DNA from: Azolla caroliniana
Taxonomy: Eukaryota > Plantae > Polypodiophyta
Direction of reading: 5' to 3'
Assembly (NCBI GenBank): GCA_043228905.1
Contig: JBHGNT010000005.1
Coordinates: 1,550,001-1,614,000, forward strand
Length of the DNA: 64,000 bases
In this document: one piece after another, positions 26,281 to 43,300 of the stretch
Numbering within the stretch: position 1 is the stretch's first letter
Layout of the letters: every line of letters begins with the position of its first letter
Position numbers and translations under genes: made by a program
The notes under the pieces: generated by a model
Seen by the model: the letters and a program-made list of their open reading frames with translations, nothing else
What the model was told of the DNA's origin: nothing
The model's database searches: none

Positions 26281-26902
26281 AACTAAACCACGAAACCACT
26301 TGAACCAAACCCGTTAAAACTATGGTTTCATGGTTTGGTTATGGTTTTCAACTTAGGCCAATTTTGAATTTTGAATTTTTTTTTCATTATCTTAAATTTA
26401 AATTTTTCAAAATTTTAATGATGTTCCTTAGATGTGAGAATTAGGCTAAAAAATGAAAAAGATTGTTTTAATATTGTGAAATGCACATAAATGGAATCCA
26501 AACCAGCTTGCTTAACTTCTTACTTCCTATTCAATTTATAGTCGTACAAAGGTACCCATTTGGGTTGGCTTTACTTAGCAACATGCGTCCTAACAAGGGT
26601 ATGCTAAAAGGGTGGCTCAACGAAACACATGTACACCATAGCATGAAGGCATGCATGCTAAACAAGGGTATGCTAAAAGGGGCACAAAGGAACACATGCA
26701 CACCCAACATGAAGGCATGCACTTGCATCCAAGGGACACCACAATATAAAAAATCATTCTTTTAATTTTTAATTTTTCAAAATTTTAAAGATGTTCCTAA
26801 AATGTGAGAATTAGGCTTAAAAATGAAAAAGATTGTTTTAAAATTTTTAATAAAAAAAAACCATTAAATTGTTTAAATCGCGGTTTCTAACCAATCACCC
26901 TG
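26281..26902. mobile_element. Non-autonomous DNA-transposon-like remnant (hAT-like) with internal duplications
   Basis: Clustered AAACC/GGTTT subterminal motifs at 26281-26350; ends ccaatcaccctg; block 26395-26470 is repeated at 26765-26840; dimer of about 70 bp at 26591-26722. Only one putative end was seen. Confidence 0.45.
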
Positions 26903-27752
26903 TGACACCATCATTATTAAACTATGTTGATTATATTGTGTTTTCTTTAGGTAAAATAGATCTTTTTAAAATTTATTGGGGTAATGATATTGTCAGTAAT
27001 GTTTGTGTTATTTTTATATTTCCTCTTCTTTCTAACACTAAACTATGTGGATATAGCTAGAACCAAGACTTAACACCCTTAACCAGCCCATCTATTGGCT
27101 ACAAAATATATCACACCATCTCAATAGTTGATGTGTATGTGTACGTCCACACATCATTTTTACGCATTCTTTTTATTCTTTAACTAATTTGAAATTGCCA
27201 AATCTCATATTCACGCATAAAGTATATGGTGTAAATATTGCCTACTATCAATTTATTGGAACCATATATAGATCACTACCTTCTTTATTTTCCCTATTAC
27301 CGAAATGTTCCACCGTCATCCTAGGATAATTCTTCATCTTGATCAATCATGGTGACTTTATAAATACAGAATCGATGATAACGCTTCGGGTAACTATTGT
27401 TTATAGGCTAGTAACATGTCTGATGTTTGCATGAAAACGAAAAAATCTACAAAAGTTTGAGTACTCGATACTCCACGTAAGCATGTTGCCTTGCGGGGCC
27501 AACCTAATACATGTATCGTATCACTATTATATTATAGTTATAAAGGTAAAGTAATTGATTCAAAAGTTGTCATCGCAAAAATCACTATATATGTTCATCT
27601 CTACCTAAATGTAAATGTACTCTCCTAAACATGTTATTGATCATCTTAAATACTGAGTAAAAGCATGTTTTCACATTTTCTTCTTCTCTACTCTTTTTTA
27701 TCTTCCTATTACTCCATATATCTTATCTTATTGGATGTCACCTTACCAATTG

Positions 27753-27754
<2 letters not shown>

Positions 27755-27802
<48 letters not shown>
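27755..27802. repeat. (CT)n microsatellite
   Basis: Uninterrupted CT dinucleotide run. Confidence 0.95.
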
Positions 27803-27803
<1 letters not shown>

Positions 27804-28659
27804 AGGGACTCTACTATCTACTTGGACAAAGACAAGTTGTCGTGTAGGGCGGGGTAGAGTGGGTTCCTAGTTAGATCTATCACAGATCATACATGGACTA
27901 TAGTTGGAGTCGACAGCTCTCCCGGGGCTACTCTATCCAATGTGTATCCTCGGAGAAGAGAATTGGGTTGGCCATTGTGAATATCTTCAACTCCCTAGGC
28001 ACGATATAGCAGATGAAGTTATATGTCATCAACTTAAACTCTTGTGTTTGCTTATCACAATGGCCCTCAAAATTGTCTTTTAAATGTAGTGTTAAAGGGG
28101 TAGCTAGTTTTGTTTATGTAGCTGAATTCCTTAAACTCTAAAATTGCTAGATATGCCCATGCAGTCCAAGTCCTTGTAGGTTTGTCCCAAACATGGTTAC
28201 CTAGAGCAAGAACGTGGGAGCGGTAGCATGCACAAACAACATTCAAATTTGAAAATGGATTTAGTGATTATCTCTTTACATAAGGATAATTATAGAGGAC
28301 TTGGAATAGAAAATTGTTAGGACAAACTTATTATCATAATCATTCTATAACAATATAATTCCAAAGTTTTTAAATATGACCTAAGATTCAAAACATGGTT
28401 AAAGACTCATCACAACATAAAATAACATAAGACAATGCATTATAATATATGTTTGTATAGTCTCATTCCTAAAACTCCCATGACTTCATACTTGATCCCT
28501 CATTAACTGCTTTAATACCCCCAATCTTTTCTTAATGATCTAGGTCCTCGTGATTTGGTTCTTGTTTACTTCCATTATTTTCTTTGACAATAGGTGGAAT
28601 ACTTCCTTTTAGACAACAATAGAATTTTCACTTGCATTATCAAATATAGAAGAAACGTT

Positions 28660-29400
28660 ATTGAATTATATCTTTGTTGTAACAAAACCTAAATTGTCAT
28701 TGTTTTTTACAATGCCAACGTAGTTTCTTTTCATGGTTTCTCATCATTGGTGCTAGACAACATCTACATAAATGATGAGCTACAAGATTGGGATAGTTTT
28801 CAATGGCCAATGCATATTTTAACTCGCTTTGTGCCCCATTCCCTTCCCACAATAATGTGGCATTCATAGGAAATGATCCATCTTAGCATCTCTTGTCGCA
28901 AACATCATTGCATACCAAGAATCTCAATTTCTTGATCACGTCCTTCAATTTCAATACCAAGGATATCAGTGATAACATGAAGAAGTGAATCATACCTATC
29001 CATCTAATGCTAAGAAATTGTACCAACTTTGAACAGATGAATTAATTGTCCTCAACATTCTTCAAACGCGCAAACATCGTCTGTATATCATCACATACCT
29101 TTGCCAATGCAAGCAAAGAGATCATCTACAAACATAACCATCAATATCACTAGCATCACAAGATATAAAATATGAGGAACATCATTCCAAAAACCTTCTT
29201 TTCTTTTCTTTTTCGTAAATGTATGTTTGTTATTAAAACAAGATGATGATACTGGCAAGGTAAACCTTCTCAAGTGTTATCATATTTCTCAAAAACTTCT
29301 CACGGAAACAATGTCTCACGCATGCCATATTTGCATTGTACAAGACCTCCACAAGTTTCTCAAAAGTTGGACAGGACAATTAACATCCCGTTTGTTGCAC
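28660..29400 (-). mobile_element. hAT transposase pseudogene fragment (C-terminal dimerisation domain)
   Basis: Frameshifted minus-strand translation WEGNGAQSELKYALA...SQSCSSSF...KRNYVGIVKNNDNLGFV resembles the hATC pattern WW..G..P.L..A...SQPCSSS.CER.WS...KRNRL....DLVFV. Upstream limit is approximate. Confidence 0.55.
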
Positions 29401-29808
29401 AAGATGAATTCGGATCACCGACAGAACAATGGTAACAATATACACTACTCTTTTGGGCCATTTGAGTGTGCTAAGTGGAAAGCAATAAAAGATAGGATCA
29501 CTATAAACATAGGCTCAGGGTCAGGGCTACTCATGGTCTGGCATTTTCTGTAGCCAAAATGTGGAGATGGGTCTACACCCATTATGCATATATTTATAAG
29601 AAACATAGGCTCGGACTCATGACCCGGCTTCTAACATTTTCCGCCGATATGTCCAGATCGGGAAATCAGCATAAATGTGGAGATAGGTCTATACATACAC
29701 AGTACACTATTACATATATGATAGATATACCCACATTATGTATGTATTTATTGGCTTCCAATTCCTCCTGTTGCATTGCTCTGTTTCTTTGGCCGAAGGA
29801 AAAAGGCC

Positions 29809-32800
29809 ATGGCACCTTCAGACACGAGAAAGAAGAAGAGAATGAAGACGTTTTTGGCATCCAAGCTCTCCCATGCCGCCCTGCTCAGCGTCGGTAAACA
29901 ATCTCCGTCGAAAAAGCCAAGGAGATGCCAACAATATGGCATCCTCACCCCTCTTGCCACAGATGATGCAGTTGTCGACGATGCCGATGCAGTTGCCCAT
30001 GCCGATGCGAACATGGGTGGAGATCACCCTAAATCTGCAACGGCAACCATAACAACTACGACAACCATGACAACACAAGGAAGGAAAAGAAGAAGAAGAA
30101 GAAGAGAGGAGGTGCACGTTGGAAGCCGCAGAGAAGCCGAAAGTCGGAAGCCCCTGCTGCAGTGTTCAATGACAACCACGACAACAACAAACCCACAACC
30201 TACTGCCAATGTCGGGCGCATGAAAGAGAAGCCAAAAAGCTACCTGGAGAAGGTAAAACCACTCACTCATGTCCATTTATTTTGTTTATGATACCAAGCA
30301 CCCTAGTTAGATATTGAAGGAAGAAAGCATGGCAAGGAGACAAGGGAGAGCTACATCTCACTGTATCTTAAATAATTGGCTGCTTAAAAAATCAAAAACT
30401 ATGCAAAGTAGGAATTTGGAAACTATAATCTGTATAAAAAAAAAGAAAGCAAAGTAGGAATTTGGATTTTTTGTCATTTGTATGCACCTCTAAAAATATC
30501 TGGGTCTGCACCAATTTTTGTTGCCATTATTGGAGGTGTGTATCTATCTATATTCCAATCCTATGCACCAGAGAAGTTTCTAAAATACCACGTGAGAATT
30601 TTGGTGTAAGTAGTGAGCAACTAGCAGGTGTGATCAAGTACTAATTAACCCCTTGATTGTGTCATCGATGGAGAGTGGTGCATTTAATGTGGTCGATGGG
30701 CTTGTCGTTAGGGTTAATAACCTATTGAATTAAAGGCTTAGAGAGATTTCAACTCCTGTTCTTCACTTAACCACTTTACCACTATGAGAAAGCAGAGGTG
30801 TTGATCACAAGGGGTAGTGCCTTTGCATACAGCTGGTGTCAAGTTTATGAGGTTTGACATCAAGCTGGTGTAGTAATGTGTCCGTGCATTTCTTTTGAAG
30901 TGGCCTAGTCACAATGTTGATCCCTCAGGTACAAAATCCCCATTTTTGTTTGTGGAGTTCTCAACATCATTTCAAGAGAACGTGTTACAGATGTCAACAT
31001 GTTAACAATCAAATATGGATCCCACATTTTCTGCCAGATGGAATAGAGAGAGACAGAGAGAGAGAGAGGGAGAGAAGTCTGAACAAGAAATCCTTTAGCT
31101 GAAAGTGCCACAAATGTGGTGAGTCTTAACATATGGCTCGAGGCTGCAAACTTAGAAGCCAAGAATATGATGCTTGAGTCAACCTGGAAGGCTTCTACAT
31201 ATTATGACAAAGGATGATAGAGTGAAGTTGTAGTTATTGACGGAAGCAGATGATGCTGGTTCATAGGCACATGGCTCAAGTGTGGACACGTTGGGAGGCA
31301 CATGACTCGCAGTTAGCAGACTAAGCCAACAGTAACGGGTCAAAGAAACTAGTTCTGAAACTTAACAGATATTGAAGTGTGTTCATCACAGTAGGAACCA
31401 CCAGAGATGTCTGGCCAAGGGAAGCAAATCAGTATATGTGAAGACTGAGTGGGCAAAACGAAGTGATTGGAATATATACTTTTGGTCCCCAAATATCATT
31501 GGAATCTAATATAGGTGCTGAGGTTGATAGTTGAATTCATGGATGGATAGGAAGACAATACATTCAAGCTGACCATATTAGTCGAGTTGGCTCAGAAGTT
31601 GTGACATCGTTGCTTTGGCCACTTGAATTTCCTGATATATTGTAAGATTTCAGTGATGTTCTGGTACAATTTGCTTAAATCGGCCAAAGTTCCTGCATAT
31701 GATAAGATGATGTAATTTTGTTCTCTGAAACATTATTATGTGTATATTCTCTTATTCAACTAACATACCTAATTCATTGATCTAATGAAAATGCATTTTT
31801 TATCGGCTCATGTTTTGTTTAATGAGCTTAAGAATCCCAATTGAGTCCATCATAATTATACTACCATTTTTGAGAACATCGACTAGCTTGAACTAAGTGT
31901 TCCTTGTTCTATCTTCAATTTGAGTGTAAGTCTTTCTCTGCTTTTGCAGTTACAATCAAGATTAGCAGGTGGCCAATTTCGGATGTTAAATGAGAAGCTT
32001 TATACGTGCAGGTAAGTGATTCAGAAAAAGTATTATCGCTCTTTATGTGCTCAACTAAGGTATTTACTGATGAAAATCATTAACCTGGGATTTATGGACT
32101 ATTTTTGAGGTAATTGCAATGTTCTGTTTCCTACATAAATTTAGATATTAGTAATTGCAATGTTTTGCTTGCACAGTGTATAATAGAATGAAGTTAGGAC
32201 ACAGGTGGGAACTTTCATAAAAGGCCCGTGCAATGTACATTCAAACTTGTGCATTCCACATGTGAGGACATCTCATGCGCACCCAAAAAGCAGCTCACCA
32301 TGTACACAATATGAAATGGACAAAAGAACCAAGACAGCAAACGAAATCTGTCATTCATCCTCGCATTTGTTTCTATATTTAGTCTTTTTATTTGAGCTTT
32401 TTTAACAGCTATTCCTTTTTTAAATTGAAGGTTAGGGTCTTCCAATGCATACTATATGAATATGTGATCTCATTAATTTTTCAGTTTCTTCCATATGCCC
32501 AAGCTGCGTCCTTTAGCATTTAAATTTTGTATTGTGAATGGACAGAAGATATTGCTGAAACTATTTTTTCATAACAATATTCAAATTACTGATTTCTGTT
32601 GCATCAGTAAGTCCTCTAAGTTCTTGTATATTTTGCAGTGGTGAAGAAGCATTTAGAATTTTCCAACAAGATCCAGTGGCCTTTGAATGTGTGAGTGCAT
32701 GCCCTATTCTCTTTCTGAAGCACAATTTATGCAGTATCTTATGACAGGAAATTTAAAGTTTTAGACTGTTCTTTGGTCAAGAAAACGTTTTTATTTTTGT

Positions 32801-34358
32801 AAGCGGCCCTTTGCTTTAGGGTTAACAATTGTGATGTATAGGTGTTCTTATGGCATTCTTTAAGAACTATTTTATATGTAGTGTTTACTTGCACCTGTGG
32901 AACTTTTTAAATTATCAAGACTAAATTGTGTGGCCAGTGTGAAACAACCGAGGACTAGAGGTCCCTAGACTAGAGGATCGCAGGCCACTATGCCCCTGGA
33001 TTCACACGTGTTTAGTATAGCTAATATTGAGTCATGTGTTTGGAGGGTTGTGTGTATATATTTATTTTAGGTTAGGCCCTGTATAAAATCACATTATAGT
33101 GGATAAGTGGGATGTTCAACTTGCTAAGTTTGATGTTCTTACAGAATAACAATTAGAAATGTAATTTCAAGATTATTAATCTGCAAGGTTTTGTATGAGC
33201 ATGAAGGGGCCGTTGACATTCTAATAATGTGCTACTTATTCTACAAATAATATTTGATGTAGTGATATTGCCAGAAAAGGTTGTTGTTAAGCCAAATATA
33301 ATAATGAGAACTTGGCAGTATCATGCAGGCTATCGTGAACAAATGTCTCATTGGCCAAGTCAGCCTTTGGAGTCCATAATTAGGTGGTTAAAGAAAAGGA
33401 GTACGAGCTTAATTGTAGCTGATTTTGGGTGTGGTGAGTTTACCCTATTTGGATTTAAGAGAAGGGTTTCTTTCTCTTTTCCTACCATAAAATAATAATG
33501 ATTTTCAATTGCTGATTGATGAATTTTCTAACATGTCAAAAGGAGATGCAAAATTGGCAAAATTAGTTCAGAACAAAGTCTTCTCAATGGACCTTGTTGC
33601 TTCAGATGCATCAATAATAGCGTGTAACATGGCACATGTGAGTTTATACATGTAGAGATTGTACAGAGATGATATGGCAAGTCACTATTGACGTTCTCTT
33701 CAGGGTTCCTTTGTTTTTCAAGCAGACACCATTGCAGACCCAGTCAGTTGATGTTGCTGTATTTTGCTTGTCCTTGATGGGAACAGACTATTCGAGTTTT
33801 CTTATTGAATCTCACCGGGTCTTAAGGCCAAGGTATGTTGCTTTTTCATGCAGATTGATTTCAACCATTGATTATAGGCTTTCTTTGCCTGTTCAATCCA
33901 TTGATTAACATTTCTTATGCCCAATGCCTCCTTAGGGGTTCTCTATTAATTGCTGAAGTTAGAAGTCGATTCGATCCAAATAATGGTGGTGCCGATCCGT
34001 TGGCTTTTATAAATGCCCTAAAGATGTTGGGTTTTTCACTCATTTCCAAGGTCTGGTGTTCTTCTGTATGGCTTGACTTTTCTAATGTGTTTTTTTGAGT
34101 TTTATGAATATCCTTCAATCCATTAGTTAGAGATGTATCTAAGCAAGTCAAACATTTGATATATGCAGGATTTCTCTAATAAGCTATTTGTGATGTTCGA
34201 GTTCATGAAGCAGGTAGTAGCAACCATCTCTTTTGTATAGCAATGATAGTGCATGTTGATTCTCATTCACATTTCGCATGCAAATTTTGCAGGATAATAA
34301 AGGAAAGAAAGAATGCAAATGGCCAAAGTTAAAAGCTTGCATATACAAACGAAGGTAA
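29809..34358 (+). CDS. RRP8: Ribosomal RNA-processing protein 8 (25S rRNA m1A methyltransferase, nucleomethylin); 9 exons
   Basis: [70 protein letters not shown]. Exons: 29809-30252, 31950-32011, 32639-32690, 33319-33433, 33543-33637, 33726-33832, 33936-34050, 34169-34213, 34293-34358. Confidence 0.93.
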
Positions 34359-36492
34359 TGCAGAGATGATCACATTTATAATGCTCACAACCAAGTATTC
34401 TAAATGTTCACGGTGGAATCTACTTAAGAAATGGGTACTGTTCGGCGGTATTTCAAATAGTTTATTTATGAATGTTCTCTAGCATGAACATCTGTGGGCT
34501 GAATTTGGCAATGCAAAGCAATTTACATGCTAGGATACTGAGGTGGCAACGATGAGCATAGTGTTATGTTTAATCAAATCATTGTTAGATTTGATACACG
34601 ATATAAGTACTTATAATGAGTAGATATTTACCCATTTTCCTTGAGCATTGTTGATGCCATAATGCCCAATTATCTTATAACAACAATGGGCATGATGCTT
34701 ACAATGAGAATGAATTTTGCAGAGTCAGCTATAGTTTGGCTTTCCAATTGTGAAAAGGTCACATTTGTTTTAGTACATCGAAAAAGTGAAATTTATAGAT
34801 TTTTGGTGTTCTGGAAATGTGCACTTTATAGAAAGGATAAAAAAAGCATGGTGCTTCAAAGAGAACAATTTTTTTCATTCTGCTGCAGTTTGTCCTCCCA
34901 ATTGTGAAAGGATAAACATTTGTTTTAGTACATTCAAAAAGTGAATTTTATTAGGAGCCTAGGCATGCCCAGTATGTATAATTTATAAACTAATAAGGCA
35001 TACGTTTTCAACTGGTATCCATTGAAGCATTGATGACACAGCTGATTGATTGTCATGTGTTTATTATGGAGTTGGAAGTTGATAGTTGGTACTATACTAT
35101 AGTTTGCATCATACATTTCGTCCTATTGACTCAATGTACCATATTTATGCATACATACTTGCAATCATGTGTTTAAGGCAGCTGCATGATATCAAAGAAT
35201 ATGAACGCACCTTGGAATCACAATCAGGTCTATATGTGGAAGTTAGGCATTTGTTGGAGTATCCTTGTAAAGAATTTATTTATTGCAGGTTTAAGCCTTA
35301 CGAAAGTAGGGGCCAATAGGATGGGAGCACCTGTTCTATGGGAGAGTGCATTGCCAACCTTTGAGTTTCTCATGTGGGGAAAAAATCAGGATTTTTCATA
35401 TTGATGCATATCCCAAGACTCATTGACACAATACTTCCACATTTTCTTCCAGTAGTTGTGCCTTTATTGATTTTGTAAATGTGTTATTTAGTAGAAGCTT
35501 AACTAAGAAGTACATCGCTTTACTTAATTGCTAGACACAATCATAACTAATGGCATAATTAATTCCAAAAAGAATTATTTTACACTCAAAACTGAATTTC
35601 TATAAACATGTTTAATATAGTTATCAAAGCATGGTTTCTAATAGGCAAACTATTAATCCATCCATTGGTATCTTCCAATCCTTCATATCAATGGGTACTA
35701 ACTACTTCGTATGTCTTTAGTGAATACTACATCACCCATGTTTGATTTGATCAAAACATTGTTGCAATAAGGCTCTAGCTCTCATAAGAATAATCTTCTT
35801 ATTGTCGTCAATATTAGTTGAACCCCACACTAATGAACATTGTTACCTCTAGACATAGTTGTTGATTAAATCCAATCAAGGACCACACTCCTCATGCACT
35901 TATTGTGTTTAATTTAGCCTCACCGTCAAGGTCTTTCTTTTAAGTCTTTGTGATGTTTGGTTACTTAAATATCATAGTTCCACCTGGCATGATGATCTCA
36001 TTTATCAACATTGATTGATGATTTTAGCATGTTGCATGACATTGTGGAGTACAATATTTCACAAAATTTGACGTTAGCATCTAATCCTCATGCACATAGG
36101 TTAGGTCTTATTGGAACCATTGACCCATGTTACGAGAGCCCGACAACAGATTCAGATTTTTCACGACATCCACCCTATTGTCAATCGGCATTCATGAAGC
36201 TTCACTTTTTCCAAGCTAAGCTTGTACCCTCGATCCCATCCCCAAACACACATGTCCGCTCTTCTGCATGATCACAACACAATTATGGAGCACCGAGGCT
36301 CGTTAGTTCTCTTCCCTTGCATCGGCACTAGTTGGACAATCAATCCGGCCTTGCCTCTTTAGGATTATGCTAGTGTTACGTGTTCCTTTTGGGCTCTTGT
36401 GGTCCTGGTCCTGGTCTTGGTCTTGGGACTGGGGTCTTGGGTCTTGAAGTCTTGAGGTCTTGGGGTCTTCTTCTGTACACCTTCTTTCGTGA

Positions 36493-38487
<1,995 letters not shown>

Positions 38488-39062
38488 TGATAGCATACAA
38501 CAATGCTTTCTTTATATAAACTCGTATGCATAAAAAATGCTCATTCTCTGCTGTTTCAACCAGAAAACGAGGCAATTTATTTTCCTCTTTGAATTTCTAC
38601 ATTTCTATTTGATGCGTCCTTTGTCTCCTCTGCAATGATACCTAACTTATAATTTTCGTTTTGCTTGCCTTCCCTCTTTGTGGAGTTGTGCATGCTTCTG
38701 CATTGAGCTCATGGAACAAAAACTTCTTCCATTACATTTTTTAATTACTTGTGTGTTTTATTATTTTGGAGTACCTTCTGTTTGTGAAGAAGAACACTCC
38801 ATTTATCTTGGCATATGGAAAGCCACCTTCACACCCTTCGTTGTGCTCTTTTTCTTCCTCACAAGCAAACACAACTATGAATGTGAAGTTCTCCCTCCTA
38901 AACAGAGTTGAGTTTCAGCTAATCAAATAAATATTGGACAGGGTTCAAATTAATCCAATCAAGTTTCTTTTCACCTTATTAGGTTAGAGCAAATAAATTG
39001 GCCTTGTTGGAAGCAAGGAACTGGAATAAATAAATAATTATTGCAATCGTTCAGAAGAGTGA

Positions 39063-39093
<31 letters not shown>

Positions 39094-39334
39094 GCTGAGT
39101 CCCAATTTATCATTCTTGAGACCTATTGTTAAGTAATGATGATTAGGAATTGCTCTTGTCTGTTCCAATCACTCTGTATCTGTGCGATAGAAAACAATGG
39201 CCACCTCCTGATTCTTCACAGCAGAGCTGGCATTTGTGTCTATTCAGAGTAATTGCTGCTTTGGCTCTTCCAGCTGGATCTCTATTGTAACTGTATTTAG
39301 AATATGAGAAGCCCATGAGTTCTGATGTATGAAG

Positions 39335-39671
39335 TTTCAAATTGCCTTATAAGTACTATTGTCATGAAGTTTTGAAAGTTGACTAATTTCTAATGTTTTT
39401 TTTGACTGTGACAGTTTCAACTCATTTGGTGAAAAGATGAGCACTAAAGAAAAACAAAAATATTCATATTACTCTCTTACCAGTGTGTATTAGTGTATTT
39501 GTAAAATTTCAAATTGACTTATAAGCACAATTGCTGTGCAATTTTGAAAGCCGACTAATTTCTAAGGAATAATTATCTTTTTTATGGTGACAAGTTCATC
39601 TCTTTTAGTGAAAAGATGAGCACTAAAAGAACAAGAAAAAATACTCATCTATTAGTCTCTTACCAGTGTGT
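39335..39671. repeat. Tandem dimer, unit about 170 bp, between the convergent RH35 and DUS1 3' ends
   Basis: tttcaaattg(c/a)cttataag...gactaatttctaa...gtgaaaagatgagcactaaa...ctctcttaccagtgtgta occurs twice. Confidence 0.8.
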
Positions 39672-40302
39672 AGTCATGCATATGAACACAACAGATTTAT
39701 CACGATTTTTTGTATATTTGTGACTCATGAATTTGCTGCTCATGAAACACAACTCCAGTGCATTTGCAACCCATGAATGATGACCCACTAAGATCAGGCC
39801 AAAGAAGCAATGTCAGTATTAGGACATTGTTAATTCAAAGGAAGATCTCTAATAGTTTAGATCAGTCTCAAGGCACAAATCATTGGTGCAAAGGTAAATC
39901 TAGAGATCTCAAAGTACAAAATCATAGCTTTCTTAATCATTAGTTGATTGGTGAAAAATAAACATTATCTGGTCACCACAACGCCAGTGCTGTGGAGAAG
40001 ACAAAAACGAGACTCTTTAAGAGATGTGATCATAAAAATAAAAACTGTTAAGTTCATTCAGTTCATCATGCATCCCAACAACCAACCCCCCCCCCCCCCC
40101 TCTCTCCCGCTTCAAAATCTGAAAATCAAAACTCAAAGTGTATCTTAGAAGGTAGCAGCTAATTCATGTGTGTGTAACACTTGACATAATCATGGGAATA
40201 CATTGTAAAGGCGTGATCACAATCAAGGTGATTTGAAAAATGCAGAACGGTGGAGAAGCATGTTGAAAAATAATAGAAGAATCTCATTACTATAGATCAA
40301 AA

Positions 40303-43300
40303 CTATGGAGGCAAAAGAGGTATCCTTTCTTGCCGACTGAGAAGTTTCTGGATTATACCCTCTAGGAACTCCTTGGACAGCTTGAATTCCTTATTCAGTT
40401 CCTCCCGAATATCAGGATGTCTGCGAAACCAGTTTCCAAGCATGCGGTGTACATGTGCACGAACCATCCGCATTGGGACAGGGTACTTGTCAAGGAAGTC
40501 AAGGTACTCCAATAAAAGCTTTGTCTGATCAAGGGAGGAGTCCTCCTCCTCCTCCAAAGAGATTGTCATGGGATGTGGTGCTATTTGGTATCCAGCGAAA
40601 AGTGCAGGATTCTCGAGCAAAGACTCTGCAGACATCACTCCATCTGCACCTGTCTCTTTTATGCACTCATAAACATCGTCCAAGTAACGAATATTCCCAT
40701 TTGCTAGTACGGGGATGCTAAGTGCCTCTTTCACAGCTTTGATAATTGACCAGTCTGCTCTAACCACCTTTCCATCCTTCTGATCACGGGTCCTTCCATG
40801 AACTGCAAGTAGAGAACATCCTGCTTTCTCCAGCATACGAGCATATGCAAGTGTGTCCTCCAATTCAGGGAAAATCCTGATTTTACAAGATACTGGAACA
40901 GACAAATTTGATGCAAGTTTTTCCACAAGCGACTGAACAAGAGGAAGGTCATCCATCAGGAAGGCACCATAGTTGCCTCGTTTTGCTATTCGTTGGGGAC
41001 ACCTGCATGTATAGAAAATCTGTCATTACCTTGGCTATAACAGAACAGGCTCTCATTACATACAAATCAGTAGACTACCCCAAGTTTATGTCGACATAGT
41101 CACAATGGGATTCAACAATTTGAGCAGCAGCTAGAAGTTTGTCTGGATCATTTGCACAAAATTGAACAAATAAAGGACGATCCTCCTGGTATCAACAATG
41201 TTCAAACTTAGTGAATCTTGCACAATAACAGATTAAGAAGGGCAGAGTTCTGGAAAATGCTTTACTAGAAGAGCACATTGAGCTTCTGACACAATCAATA
41301 GGGAAAATTACATTAATGTTGACCTGTATAAATCCCCTTCTGGATGTAAGATTGAGGATTGAATGATGATTGGAATAAATAACTAGCCCATACAAATGCT
41401 ACCAGTGCTTTTCCCATAGATGCAGCATGGCTTGCCAATTGCAGCTTGTATCCCAATGGTAGGATAGTATAGAGCAAGTTTACAACATACAACAAAGATT
41501 CAACATCCTAAAGTTTTCTTTCCATTATATTTGAGTTCTCTTTTCATGATGTTCAAGTTCTCTCCGAGAACTATATTAGTTTCAACATACAAATTTAATT
41601 TTCGTTATGTTTACTTTCACTTTTAAGTCATAACTGATTTTTTTTGTTACAAAATATACCTTTAATTTTGTCTCATGTTTTGAGGCAACGCATTTCATGG
41701 ATCTAGGAGAACCAAATGCTAGGCATTGTGTTTGATGGATCTACAAGAGTCAAATACCAGCATGGTGTTCAATTGATCTACATGAGCCCAATCTCAAGTG
41801 TTATGCACGTATGTAGAGATGGGATCCTATAACAAAGAGTAGAGCATTCCTATAACCATTGTATCAATCAAAGGCTACAAGTAGGGTTTGCAACATTCAA
41901 AAGGCCTTACAATAGATTGGGCAAAGCATTTTTCATACATGTAATCCACATCCATCTCAACCACGGCAATGGGATTCTCAATTTAGGCATTTAACCTGTG
42001 ATATGCAGTAACAAGTAGACAATGTCTCCATCATAGATGGCTTGCTTAAGCATGGCCTCCCCAAAAGGTGTGTCCAACTTATAAATTGGGGAGGCAACAC
42101 CACAATCTGTTCCCAATGCCAGCCTCTCGTCAAACTTTCAAATCCCCCCCTGTTGTTCAAGCTGATCTATGTAGATCTGGCCATGTCATCTTTGACTTGA
42201 TCATTGTGCCCGACTACAACACATATACCTGGAAGTTGGGCCTATTTCCTGGACAAATGAGAAGTCTTCGGCACTTTCTGGGATGGGAAAGCTATGGTGC
42301 AAACTTTGAATAATCTCAAAGTGACCAAGTTTCACTGTGAATAGGGAGGCGGGTTTTTTTTTTTTTGTGGGGGGGGGGGGGGAGGGGGGGTTACCTCCAC
42401 GGAGATTTCACAGATCAGAGGAATTATTGAATTATCATTGGTTGCCCTATGTGTTTTACCCATCCCAAAACAAAAGATATTTGTGCAGAAGCAGTAAAGG
42501 AACTCTCTCAGTAGTGTTGTAGAAATAGATACTCCCTTATCCACAAATTTTTCATGAGGATAAAAACAAGCTGTCATCTGTAGATTTTGCTCTCAAATCC
42601 ACCAGTAGAGACAGAATTCACCACTTCCTTCGCATTCTGGGCTTCAATCTACTTCAGTCTATATATCGAGTACTCGATAAAAGAATTGGCTTCGCTACAT
42701 GCTATTTTTATATTTTGCAGTTAAGACCATTACTACAGACTGAATTCTCCATACTCATCAGCTGGTGAGTATAGCATGAACATACAACAGCTATGGGATC
42801 CCAAATTGACACAGAACAGGACAAGTTTGGTGCTAGGCACAGGCACATGCCATAGGGTGGAGGCAGGACAAGGGATTGCATAGAGAAAACGTGAAAACGT
42901 ATCAATAATAAATAATATAATATATATCATTTAAATATCTTCTGTATATATATACATATGTGTATATTTGCATGTCTGAACATATTTAAAACGTGATATA
43001 TCAACATATTTGAAAGTGGACATTCCAGACTGCTCCCAAAAATGCCACAACTGTGATTTCTGATTGCATGCATATGGGTTTTTGAATGATGAGAGTTGTA
43101 TGCACGTGCGCTTCATGTTTCCCAGGTACAATAATACCCTGTCATTCCATAGATTTGACCTCTAAGCTTTGAGCGTTGCAATTATTTTGCACACTCCAGT
43201 GTTTCTCATCTATACGCCTCAAAACAGAATATAGAAATGAAAACCAATACCTCTTGAAGTCTGAAATTTCCTATTGGAGGGGGGGAGGGCAAAATTAGAT

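Noticed and set aside
30650-31700. Possible retroelement remnant in RRP8 intron 1
   Set aside because: Coding-like composition, but I could not identify any diagnostic motif or terminus.
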